Source: Planctomycetota bacterium
GTDB lineage: Bacteria > Planctomycetota > UBA8108 > SXIK01
Direction: 5' to 3'
Length of the DNA stretch: 64,000 bases
Assembly (NCBI GenBank): GCA_965223845.1
Contig: CBDCXR010000004.1
Location: 3,296,001-3,360,000 of the forward strand
The position numbers and the translations under genes are program-made. Below, in pieces: positions 29,719 through 37,956 of this stretch. How positions within the stretch are numbered: position 1 is the stretch's first letter; each line of letters begins with the position of its first letter. Under the pieces are notes generated by a model. It was not told the DNA's origin. It made no database searches and saw only the letters and a list, made by a program, of their open reading frames with translations.

Positions 29719-30231
29719 TTACGCCTTCCGACCCTCGAGCTCGTAGATGCGATCGCGGATCTCCGCGGCCTTTTCGTACTGCTCATCTTGAATGGCCCGA
29801 TCGAGATCGGCGCGGAGCGCCCGCAGCTCTCGCTGGCGCTCGATCTGATCGTTCGCGCGGAGCGGCACTTTGCCGGTGTGTTGAACCCGGCTGTGGATCT
29901 TCTCGAGGAGGTTCACGAGGCCCTTCTTGAACACCGTGTAGTCCATCGGACAGCCGAACTTTCCGGTGGAGCGAAATCGCCGGTACGTCGTCCCGCAGCG
30001 CGGGCAGGCGAGGCCCTGCTCGTCCGGATGGCCTTCCGTCTGCGACTGAACAAGCTGAGTCAAGAACTGCGGAAAGACGTCCTGGGAAGCCGGCTTGTGG
30101 AGATAACTCTTGATCGTGACCTGCTTTTCCTGCGCACAGGATTCGCAGAGGTGCACTTCGCGCTTCTCGTTGTTCGAGACGTCCGTGAGGTGCACGGTGG
30201 CCTCACCTTCGCCGCAAGCCTCACACTTCAC
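29719..30231 (-). CDS. mcsA: McsA (UvrB/UvrC motif, CxxC-rich activator of McsB)
   Basis: From GTG 30231 (AGAGG SD): KCEAC...HLCESCA...CPRCG...GCPMDY...HTGKVP...EQYEKAAEIRD. Confidence 0.92.
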   Translation of the reverse strand: MKCEACGEGEATVHLTDVSNNEKREVHLCESCAQEKQVTIKSYLHKPASQDVFPQFLTQLVQSQTEGHPDEQGLACPRCGTTYRRFRSTGKFGCPMDYTVFKKGLVNLLEKIHSRVQHTGKVPLRANDQIERQRELRALRADLDRAIQDEQYEKAAEIRDRIYELEGRKA

Positions 30232-30678
30232 GTCGATCAGCCTCTTCTTTGCGAATCGATTTCCTGTTCCGGCGGACTCGATCGCCACCGGGGATCGGCG
30301 GATTCCGATCCCGCCGATTTCGATCGACGCCGAGCGGACGCGGGAAGACGGGGAGCCTTCCGCGGCGCCGCGCACCCTATCTATCGGGCGGAGGACCGGG
30401 GAAGGTGAATCGCCAAGACGACGGCGCGTCCGGGCGTCGATCTTCCGACAATCCGAGAGGCCCGACGACGACGCGGATCGAGCCGCAGCGTCTCCCGCGC
30501 GCACTCGGAGTCACGCTTGACTGCCGGAGGCCGACGACTCGGGGAATCTCGTCAGTCGAGGTCAGCGGATCGGCGCAATGGAACACGACAAAAACTCCCC
30601 GCGCGGTGGCCTGATTGTACCCTCTTGACACATCGACCGCCGTAGCAAAAGCTCCTTCGCGCCTCCGATCGGGAAGGA

Positions 30679-31503
30679 GTGTCAACCTCGCTCGATGCCG
30701 ACGCGATCATGCGACTGGACGATCACCGCCGCCGCCCGCGCGGATCGAAAGCGGGCGGACCGACGTGCCTCTCGGTGTTTCTCAAGGCGCCGGAACCGGG
30801 CGCCGTGAAGACTCGGCTCGCGCGGTCGATCGGGACTCGACTCGCCGCCGAGCTCTACCGCGCGTTCGTCCGGGACACGCTCGCGTGGACGGCGGCGTTG
30901 CCGTCGGTTTCGCGTCGCCTCGAGTTCGCTCCAAGCGACGCCGGCTCGCAGTGCGCCGCTCTCCTCCCCGCCCGCTCCGGCGCGTTCGACCTCTGCCCGC
31001 AGACGGACGGCGATCTCGGTCGCCGGCTGAGTTCGGCGACCGAGCAAATGTTTGCGGCCGGTCACCGGCGCTGCGTGATCATCGGCACGGACTGTCCTCT
31101 CCTCGGCCCCGAGACGGTCGAGCGGGCGTTCGAGCGACTCCGCTCGCGCGACCTCGTGCTCTCCCCGACGCTCGACGGCGGCTACGCGCTCGTCGGACTG
31201 CGTCGATTCGAGCCGGCGGTGTTTCGCCGGATCGACTGGAGCACCTCGCGCGTTCTCGATCAGACGATCTCCCGCGCCCGGTCAGCGGGTCTCGGCGTCG
31301 AGCTCCTCGCCCCCGAAAGAGACATCGACACCGCGAGCGACCTCGCGCCGCTCCACAGCGCTCTCGTCGCGGCGTGGCGAGCCGGTCGGGACCCGTTTCC
31401 GACCCGGACCCTGCGGGTCCTCGAATGGGAGCTCGCGCGCTGGACGTCCGCGTCCGGGGCCGGCCCGCGGCGGGCGGCCGGCGGCGATGGACGCTCGGCT
31501 TGA
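30679..31503 (+). CDS. TIGR04282/DUF2064 family putative transferase (CofC-like)
   Basis: FLKAPEPGAVKTRLA, QTDGDLGRRL, IIGTDCP, PTLDGGYALVG, IDWST, DIDTASDL. Start may be ATG 30709. Confidence 0.88.
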   Translation: MSTSLDADAIMRLDDHRRRPRGSKAGGPTCLSVFLKAPEPGAVKTRLARSIGTRLAAELYRAFVRDTLAWTAALPSVSRRLEFAPSDAGSQCAALLPARSGAFDLCPQTDGDLGRRLSSATEQMFAAGHRRCVIIGTDCPLLGPETVERAFERLRSRDLVLSPTLDGGYALVGLRRFEPAVFRRIDWSTSRVLDQTISRARSAGLGVELLAPERDIDTASDLAPLHSALVAAWRAGRDPFPTRTLRVLEWELARWTSASGAGPRRAAGGDGRSA

Positions 31504-31527
31504 CATCCAGCGGGCGCGCCCTACGAT
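31500..31527 (+). promoter_or_regulatory. Sigma70-type promoter upstream of the nusA operon
   Basis: TTGACA (31500-31505), 16-nt spacer, TACGAT (31522-31527). A second candidate, TTGCGC...TAATAT, lies at about 31668-31695. Confidence 0.5.
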
Positions 31528-32001
31528 CTGTGAGTTTCCCACCGCGCGGCGGCCACGGCCCGAACCGCGTCGCGATCGTCCCGTCGGCCCGGCGGAGCCG
31601 GTAGCGGCGGCGAGTTGGAGGGCTTCACGCCCCGCGGGAAATGCTTTCCGAGCCGATGCTTACGGGCTTGCGCTCGGGGGGATGTCGTCTAATATGTAGC
31701 GTACTCGTGACGGAGCCGGTCGGGACTGGGCGTATCCACCCCTGACTCCGCCCCGGGATCTTTCCCAAGTTTTTATCTTTCAATTACTTGGGGGCGGGCT
31801 GCCCGACAGCACGCGGCCAGCTCAGCGAGCTGGGAGATGACTCCCCCGCCGCGTCGGCCAGCCCGAACACGGTCCTGACGAAAAACCTTGACGATACGTT
31901 CAGACGCTTCCCCGAATCGGACCGAGACTTCGCGTCGCGTCGACGCTTGAGGTCGAGTCCGCGGGCGAAATCGGACGTTGGTCCGGGAGCGCTTCCTCTC
32001 C

Positions 32002-33438
32002 ATGAACAGCGAGATTCTCCGACTGGTGGACACGATCCACCGGGACAAGGATATCGACAAAGAGATCATCTTCGAGGGCGTCGAGCAGTGCATCGAGACC
32101 GCCGTCCGGAGGAAGCTAGGCGAGGAATGCGACGTTCGCGTCGCGATCGACCGCGAGTCCGGCGAGACGACGGTGTACCAGGACGGCGAGGAGATTCCGA
32201 TCTCCGACCTCGGTCGTCTGGCCGCCCTTCAGGGGAAGCAGGTCCTTCTGCAAAAGATTCGCGAGGCTGAGCGCGACCGCATCTTCGACGAGTACGAGGC
32301 GAAGATCGGCAAGCTCGTCACGGGCGTCGTGCAACGGATCGAGGGGCCGAACCTCATCATCAATCTCGGCGGCGGTCGAGTCGAAGGGATCCTTCCGCGG
32401 AGCGAGCAGGCTCCGGGCGAGCGCTTCCGGGTCGGCGAGCGCATCAAAGTGCTCCTCGCCGATGTGCGGAAGAACCATCGCGTCCGGATCACGCTTTCGC
32501 GCGGGCACCCGGATCTCGTCCGCGCGCTCTTCGAGCTCGAGGTGCCCGAGATCGCCGAGAAGGTGATCGAAATCATGAACATCGTCCGCGAGCCCGGCTA
32601 CCGGACGAAGATCGCGGTGACGACCTACGACCGAAACGTCGACTGCGTCGGTGCGTGCGTCGGGGTACGGGGATCGCGCATCAAGAATATCGTCGACGAG
32701 CTCTTCGGCGAACGGATCGACATCGTTCGCTGGAACGAGTCGATCGAGGTGCTGATCATGAACGCACTCCAGCCGGCCGAGATCACGACGATGGATCTCG
32801 ACTACGACGAGAAGCGCGCGGCGGTCTACGTTCGTCCGGACATGCAGTCGATCGCGATCGGAAAGCGCGGTCAGAACGTCCGTCTCGCGTCGAAGCTTTC
32901 GGGGTGGGAGCTCGACATCGTCACGGTCTCCGAAGAGGACATCGAGCGCCTGCGCAAGGGCGAGATGCCGATTCAGCCGGCCGCGGACGGCGAAACCGCC
33001 GCGGAAGCGCCGGCGGAGGGGGCCGCGGCGGACGCCGCAGAAGGAACGGAGTCGGCCGCTCCGGTCGACGAGACCGGCGAGGCGGCGATCCGTTCGGAAG
33101 ATGGCGGTACGGAAGATGGTGACGCCGGTGCGCCCGCGCAAGCGGGCGAGTCGCCCGCGGCCACTCTCCCGTCCTCGGAGGAAGGGGACGGCGCCGCGAC
33201 GTCCGAGAGCGATGCGTCGAGCGATGCAGAGCCCGCCGTCGCGAGCGGGGATGCGTCCGAATCGTCTCCGCCGGGAGACGCTGCCACCGAAACCGTCGAT
33301 GGGGAGGTCGGCGCCGATGGGGAAGAGCCCCGTCCCGACGAACCGAGCGAAGAAGCCGGGGAGAGTGAATCAGAAACCAGCCCGGAAGAGTCGCCGAACG
33401 CGGAAGAGGAAGACGCCGCGGAAGAGCTTCGTAGATAG
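32002..33438 (+). CDS. nusA: Transcription termination/antitermination factor NusA with long acidic C-terminal tail
   Basis: MNSEILRLVD, LGRLAALQGKQ, REPGYRTKIAV, GACVGVRGSRI, AIGKRGQNVRLASKL. Confidence 0.95.
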   Translation: MNSEILRLVDTIHRDKDIDKEIIFEGVEQCIETAVRRKLGEECDVRVAIDRESGETTVYQDGEEIPISDLGRLAALQGKQVLLQKIREAERDRIFDEYEAKIGKLVTGVVQRIEGPNLIINLGGGRVEGILPRSEQAPGERFRVGERIKVLLADVRKNHRVRITLSRGHPDLVRALFELEVPEIAEKVIEIMNIVREPGYRTKIAVTTYDRNVDCVGACVGVRGSRIKNIVDELFGERIDIVRWNESIEVLIMNALQPAEITTMDLDYDEKRAAVYVRPDMQSIAIGKRGQNVRLASKLSGWELDIVTVSEEDIERLRKGEMPIQPAADGETAAEAPAEGAAADAAEGTESAAPVDETGEAAIRSEDGGTEDGDAGAPAQAGESPAATLPSSEEGDGAATSESDASSDAEPAVASGDASESSPPGDAATETVDGEVGADGEEPRPDEPSEEAGESESETSPEESPNAEEEDAAEELRR

Positions 33439-33552
33439 CCACGGGAGAGCTTCGTAGATCACCGTCGATCGACGAAGAGACCGCTCCCTCCGAGGGGGCG
33501 AAACCGTCCACTCAAATTTAGCCAGCGCAGCGCAGGGACTTTAGGAGCCACC

Positions 33553-35847
33553 TTGGGAGTTCGGATCTTCAAGCTCGCCAAAGAGCTCGACATGACGAGC
33601 AAGGATCTCATCGCGTTCCTGCAGACGCAGGGTCGACCGGTGAAGAGCCATATGTCGACGATCGACGAGTCGGTGGCGAACATTCTGCGCGATCGTCTGC
33701 GACCGAAGTCTGCGCCGTCCGGGACGGGAAGTAGCGAGAAGAAAGCCGCGGGTGGAACCGCGAGATCGGGCACGCAGACCACCGGCTCCGACGCGTCCGC
33801 GGGCACCCGGGGACGGCCAGCTGCGGCTGCCGCTGCAGCCGGAGCCCCGGCAGCTCGGCGCGGCGGCACATCGGGCGACTCCGACGCCGGCGGAGACCGG
33901 GGGAAGGGGACCCAGCGGCGTGACGGCGGTCGCGAGCGGCGCGTTCGCATCTTCGTCCAGGACGGTGGCGTCGACGACGGCTACCTCCCGGGCGGGGGCC
34001 GACGCCGTCCGGTCGGGCGGCGACCGCGCCGGGGCGGGCGCGGAGGCGCTGCGGTCGCGGTGGAACGACCGAAGAGCGTCGAGATCACTCTCCCCGCAAC
34101 GGCCAAGGATCTCTCCGCGGCGACGACGATCCGCGTGAACGACATCGTGAAAACGCTCATGACGCACGGCCAGATGGTCCCGGCGAACGCGTTCCTCGAT
34201 GAAGATCAGATCACGCTCATCTGCCTCGAGTACGAGATCGACGTCACGTTTAAGAAAAAGGAACAAGAGAGCGCCGAGTTCCTCGAAGAGCTCTCGCAGC
34301 AGACCGTCGACGAGGCGGAACTCGAGCTGCGAGCGCCGGTCGTCACCTTCATGGGTCACGTCGACCACGGTAAGACATCGCTTCTCGATTACATCCGGAA
34401 GACGACCGTAACCGACTCCGAGGCCGGCGGGATCACCCAGCACCTCGGTGCCTACCGGGTCGACCACGGCGACTCGCACGTCGTCTTTATCGATACCCCG
34501 GGTCACCAGGCATTCACCGAGATGCGCGCTCGCGGCGCGAACGTCACCGATATCGCGGTGCTCGTCGTCGCGGCGGACGACGGCGTGAAGCCGCAGACGG
34601 TCGAGGCGTACAACCACGCGAAAGCCGCGGAAGTGCCGGTCGTCGTCGCGCTCAACAAGATCGATCGCCCCAACGCGAACGCGATGCGCGCGAAGCAGCA
34701 GCTCTCCGAGCTCGGTCTTCAGCCCGTCGAGTGGGGTGGTGACACCGAAGTCGTCGACGTCTCGGCGATCACCGGGCAGGGAATCGACTCGCTCGTCGAG
34801 ACGCTTTCCCTCACCGCGGAAATCCTCGAGCTCAAGGCGAACTCCCAACGAAGCGCTCTCGGCACGGTGATCGAGGCGGCGGCGACGACGAGCCGCGGGG
34901 TGGTCGCCACCATCCTCGTCCAGGACGGCACGCTGAAGAGAGGCGACTACGTCGTTTGCGGCGCCGCGCACGGCCGTGTGCGGAGCATGGTCGTGAACGG
35001 CGACGAGACGACGGAGACTGCCGGGCCGTCGACGCCGGTGCAGATCACGGGACTCAACGCCGCCCCGGCTGCGGGCGAGCGTCTCTACGCGGTCGAGGAT
35101 GCCAACAAGGCTCGCGACATCGCGGAGGAGCGCGAGCGAGAAGCTCGCGAGGAGGAACGAGCTCGCCGGCAGCAGAAGCCGGTCACCCTCGAAACTCTTT
35201 TCGACGAGATTCAGCAGAAGACCGAGGAGACGGTGCAGACGCTGGGCCTCATTCTCAAGGCGGACGTCCAAGGATCGAGCGAAGCTCTCCGCTCGTCGCT
35301 AGAGAACTTGTCGACCGACGAAGTGAAGGTCCAGATTCTCCACAGCGGGGTCGGCGGGGTGACGCAGGACGACGTATCGCTCGCCGACGCGTCGGGTGCC
35401 ATCGTGATCGGATTCCACGTGGGCGCCGACGAACGGGCCCGAGCGCTCGCCGAAGACCGCGGCGTCGAAATCCGGATCTATCAGATCATCTATGAGGCCA
35501 TCGCCGACGTGAAGGCGGCGATGGAGTCGCGCCTCCGACCGGAGTTCGAAGAAGAGATCCGCGGACACGCGGAGATTCGCCAAGTCTACCGCGCGTCCAA
35601 GATCGGAAATATCGCCGGCTGTTTCGTCACCGACGGCACGATTCAGCGCTCCGACAAGGTGCGCCTCCTCCGCGAGGGACGAATCGTCTACACGGGTGAC
35701 CTCGGATCGCTCAAGCGGTTCAAGGACGACGTCAAAGAGGTGCGCGAGGGCTTCGAGTGCGGTATCAAGATCGCGAAGTTCGACGATATCAAGGAAGGCG
35801 ATTCGATCGAAGCCTTCCACCTTATCGAGAAGCGACGGACGATTTAG
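33553..35847 (+). CDS. infB: Translation initiation factor IF-2
   Basis: AGGAG SD and TTG start; [47 protein letters not shown]. Confidence 0.97.
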   Translation: MGVRIFKLAKELDMTSKDLIAFLQTQGRPVKSHMSTIDESVANILRDRLRPKSAPSGTGSSEKKAAGGTARSGTQTTGSDASAGTRGRPAAAAAAAGAPAARRGGTSGDSDAGGDRGKGTQRRDGGRERRVRIFVQDGGVDDGYLPGGGRRRPVGRRPRRGGRGGAAVAVERPKSVEITLPATAKDLSAATTIRVNDIVKTLMTHGQMVPANAFLDEDQITLICLEYEIDVTFKKKEQESAEFLEELSQQTVDEAELELRAPVVTFMGHVDHGKTSLLDYIRKTTVTDSEAGGITQHLGAYRVDHGDSHVVFIDTPGHQAFTEMRARGANVTDIAVLVVAADDGVKPQTVEAYNHAKAAEVPVVVALNKIDRPNANAMRAKQQLSELGLQPVEWGGDTEVVDVSAITGQGIDSLVETLSLTAEILELKANSQRSALGTVIEAAATTSRGVVATILVQDGTLKRGDYVVCGAAHGRVRSMVVNGDETTETAGPSTPVQITGLNAAPAAGERLYAVEDANKARDIAEEREREAREEERARRQQKPVTLETLFDEIQQKTEETVQTLGLILKADVQGSSEALRSSLENLSTDEVKVQILHSGVGGVTQDDVSLADASGAIVIGFHVGADERARALAEDRGVEIRIYQIIYEAIADVKAAMESRLRPEFEEEIRGHAEIRQVYRASKIGNIAGCFVTDGTIQRSDKVRLLREGRIVYTGDLGSLKRFKDDVKEVREGFECGIKIAKFDDIKEGDSIEAFHLIEKRRTI

Positions 35848-35888
35848 AGACTCGGCCAGCGCGACGCGCTGGCCGAGTCTCTAAATCG
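35840..35888. repeat. Perfect palindrome (24-bp arms, 1-nt centre) covering the infB stop codon
   Basis: CGATTTAGAGACTCGGCCAGCGCG-A-CGCGCTGGCCGAGTCTCTAAATCG. Confidence 0.95.
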
Positions 35889-36655
35889 ATTTTCTTAGGG
35901 GTCTTTCGCGAAGACCCCTCGTCGTTCCGAAACCGGAACGACTTCACCCCAACGAGCTCGCCTCCGGCTCGGAATGCGACTCACCGCGCGAACTCGACGA
36001 CCCGCGACGCGCTCGCCGAGTCTCTAAATCGATTCTTTTAGGGGTCTTTCGCGAAGACCCCTCGTCGTTCCGAAACCGGAACGACTTCACCCCAACGAGA
36101 TCGCCTCCGGCTCGGAATGCGACTCACTGCGCGAACTCGACGACCCGCGTCGCGCTGGCCGAGTCTCTAAATCGATTTTCTTAGGGGTCTTTCGCGAAGA
36201 CCCCTCGTCGTTCCGAAACCGGAACGACTTCACCCCAACGAGCTCGCCTCCGGCTCGGAATGCGACTCACCGCGCGAACTCGACGACCCGCGACGCGCTC
36301 GCCGAGCCTCGACATCGATTTTCTTAGGGGTCTCTCGCGAAGACCCCTCGTCGGTCCGAAACCGGAACGACTTCACCCCAACGAGCTCGCCTCCGGCTCG
36401 GGATGCGACTCACCGCGCGAACTCGACGACCCGCGACGCGCTCGCCGAGCCTCTACATCGATTTTCTTAGGGGTCTTTCGCGAAAACCCCTCGTCGGTCC
36501 GAAACCGGAACGACTTCACCCCAACGAGATCGCCTCCGGCTCGGGACGCGACTCACCGCGCGCCGCACTCGCCAAGTCGCTGAATCGATTGTAGCGGCCT
36601 TTCGCGAGGACCCCTCGTCGGTCCGAAAGCGGAACGATTTCACCCCGACGAGCTT
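35860..36655. repeat. Tandem array of a 143-bp non-coding double-hairpin unit (about 5 copies plus a degenerate sixth)
   Basis: Units start at 35860, 36003, 36146, 36289 and 36432, with a degenerate one at about 36560. Each carries AGGGGTCTT-TCGCG-AAGACCCCT and GTCGTTCCG-AAAC-CGGAACGAC hairpins, or close variants in the distal copies. Confidence 0.95.
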
Positions 36656-36853
36656 GTCTCTCCCCCCTCCGTCGGACGAACTCGCCCGCGGCTCGGAGCT
36701 CTCCTTCGCGGCTCCACCTCTTCCTTCGCGCCCTTCCCCAACCCTTCGTGTGAAATCCTCCCCGCGAGCTCGCCAGCCAGCTCCGGCCTTGCGACCCCAC
36801 CGCTCGGAGACGACACTCTTCTGGGTGTGACCCTCGACCCTTCGGAGAACCCC

Positions 36854-37234
36854 GTGCCCGATCATTCGCCCCGAACTTCGCGTCGGCTGCGCCGTATCGC
36901 GAGTCGAATGAAGTTCCTCCTCAGCCAAGTCCTCCAAAACGAAGTCAGCGACCCGCGCATCGGCTTTCTCACCGTGCTCGATGTCGAGCCGACAGTGGAT
37001 CTCAAAGAAGCGAAGGTCTACCTCTCGATTCTCGGCGGCGAAGGAGATCGCTCGAAGGCCGAACACGCTCTCGCGAGCGCACGCGGCTACATCCAACGCG
37101 AGGTTGGCAAGGGACTTGAAACGCGGAATACGCCTGTTCTACGATTCGTTTTCGATGACTCGAGGGACCAGGTAGCCCGCTTGGAATCCCTCATCGACGA
37201 GACCGCTCGAGAAGGCCGGGAGACTAAGGAATGA
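36854..37234 (+). CDS. rbfA: 30S ribosome-binding factor RbfA
   Basis: RRLRRIA...EVSDPRIGFLTV...DLKEAKVY...ARGYIQREV...RNTPVLRFVFD. GGAG SD before GTG 36854. Confidence 0.92.
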   Translation: MPDHSPRTSRRLRRIASRMKFLLSQVLQNEVSDPRIGFLTVLDVEPTVDLKEAKVYLSILGGEGDRSKAEHALASARGYIQREVGKGLETRNTPVLRFVFDDSRDQVARLESLIDETAREGRETKE

Positions 37235-37767
37235 CTGCGGTGGAATGGGTGCTCGCGCCGGCCGATCTCGGGGCTTCGGATACCGATGCCGACGCATCGC
37301 TCGCTCTGCGGATGCGAGACGAAATCTTGTGGCGAGACGGCCGGTGCTGCGGTGAACCGGCGCTCGGACTGACGGGCGTGCCCGCCCGCGACTCGTTCGA
37401 CGTCGTTCAGGCTCGGGGCGACGACGAGGATGAAGAGGACGACGACTACTACGAGGAAGACGAGGACGACGACTTCGAGGACGAATTCGACGAAGGTGAC
37501 CTCGAGGACGATGACTACGAAGAGGACGACGAGGATTTCGACGACGACCTCGAAGAAGATGACGACGATCTAGACGACGACTTCGGTGATGTCGACGAAG
37601 AGGACGATCTAGACGACGAAGAGGACGATCTAGACGACGAGGAAGACGACGGAGACTTCGGCTTCGAGGACGACGAGGAAGACGACGAGGGCGAAGACGA
37701 CGACTTCGACTACGAAGAGGACGACGAAGAGGACGACGACTTCGAGTACGAAGAAGAAGACGAGTGA
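37231..37767 (+). CDS. Hypothetical protein with an Asp/Glu-rich C-terminal tract of about 115 residues
   Basis: ATGA overlap with the rbfA stop; uninterrupted GAC/GAA/GAG codon run in this frame, ending at TGA. Confidence 0.75.
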   Translation: MTAVEWVLAPADLGASDTDADASLALRMRDEILWRDGRCCGEPALGLTGVPARDSFDVVQARGDDEDEEDDDYYEEDEDDDFEDEFDEGDLEDDDYEEDDEDFDDDLEEDDDDLDDDFGDVDEEDDLDDEEDDLDDEEDDGDFGFEDDEEDDEGEDDDFDYEEDDEEDDDFEYEEEDE

Positions 37768-37956
37768 CTGCGTCCCGTCGTCGGTCGCTCGCTCGAGTTT
37801 ACTTCCCGGAGCGCGCTCACGGACGTCGAAAGCCCCCCGGCTGCCGCACCATGCGGAGCTCGGCCGAGCTCGAGTCTAGACCCCGCACAAAGGCGATTCC
37901 TCCGAACGACGCTCGTTTCGAGTGAACCGCGCGGCGTTTGAACTCGTGCTTGTGCG

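Noticed and set aside
35860-36655. CRISPR array interpretation of the tandem repeats
   Set aside because: Whole 143-bp units are repeated with no unique spacers, and there are no cas genes in the window.
35757-37096. ORFs inside the repeat array (35757-36041, 36260-36583, 36403-36594, 36467-37096, 36516-36800)
   Set aside because: The period is not divisible by 3, frames shift between units, and there are no SD sites or protein motifs.
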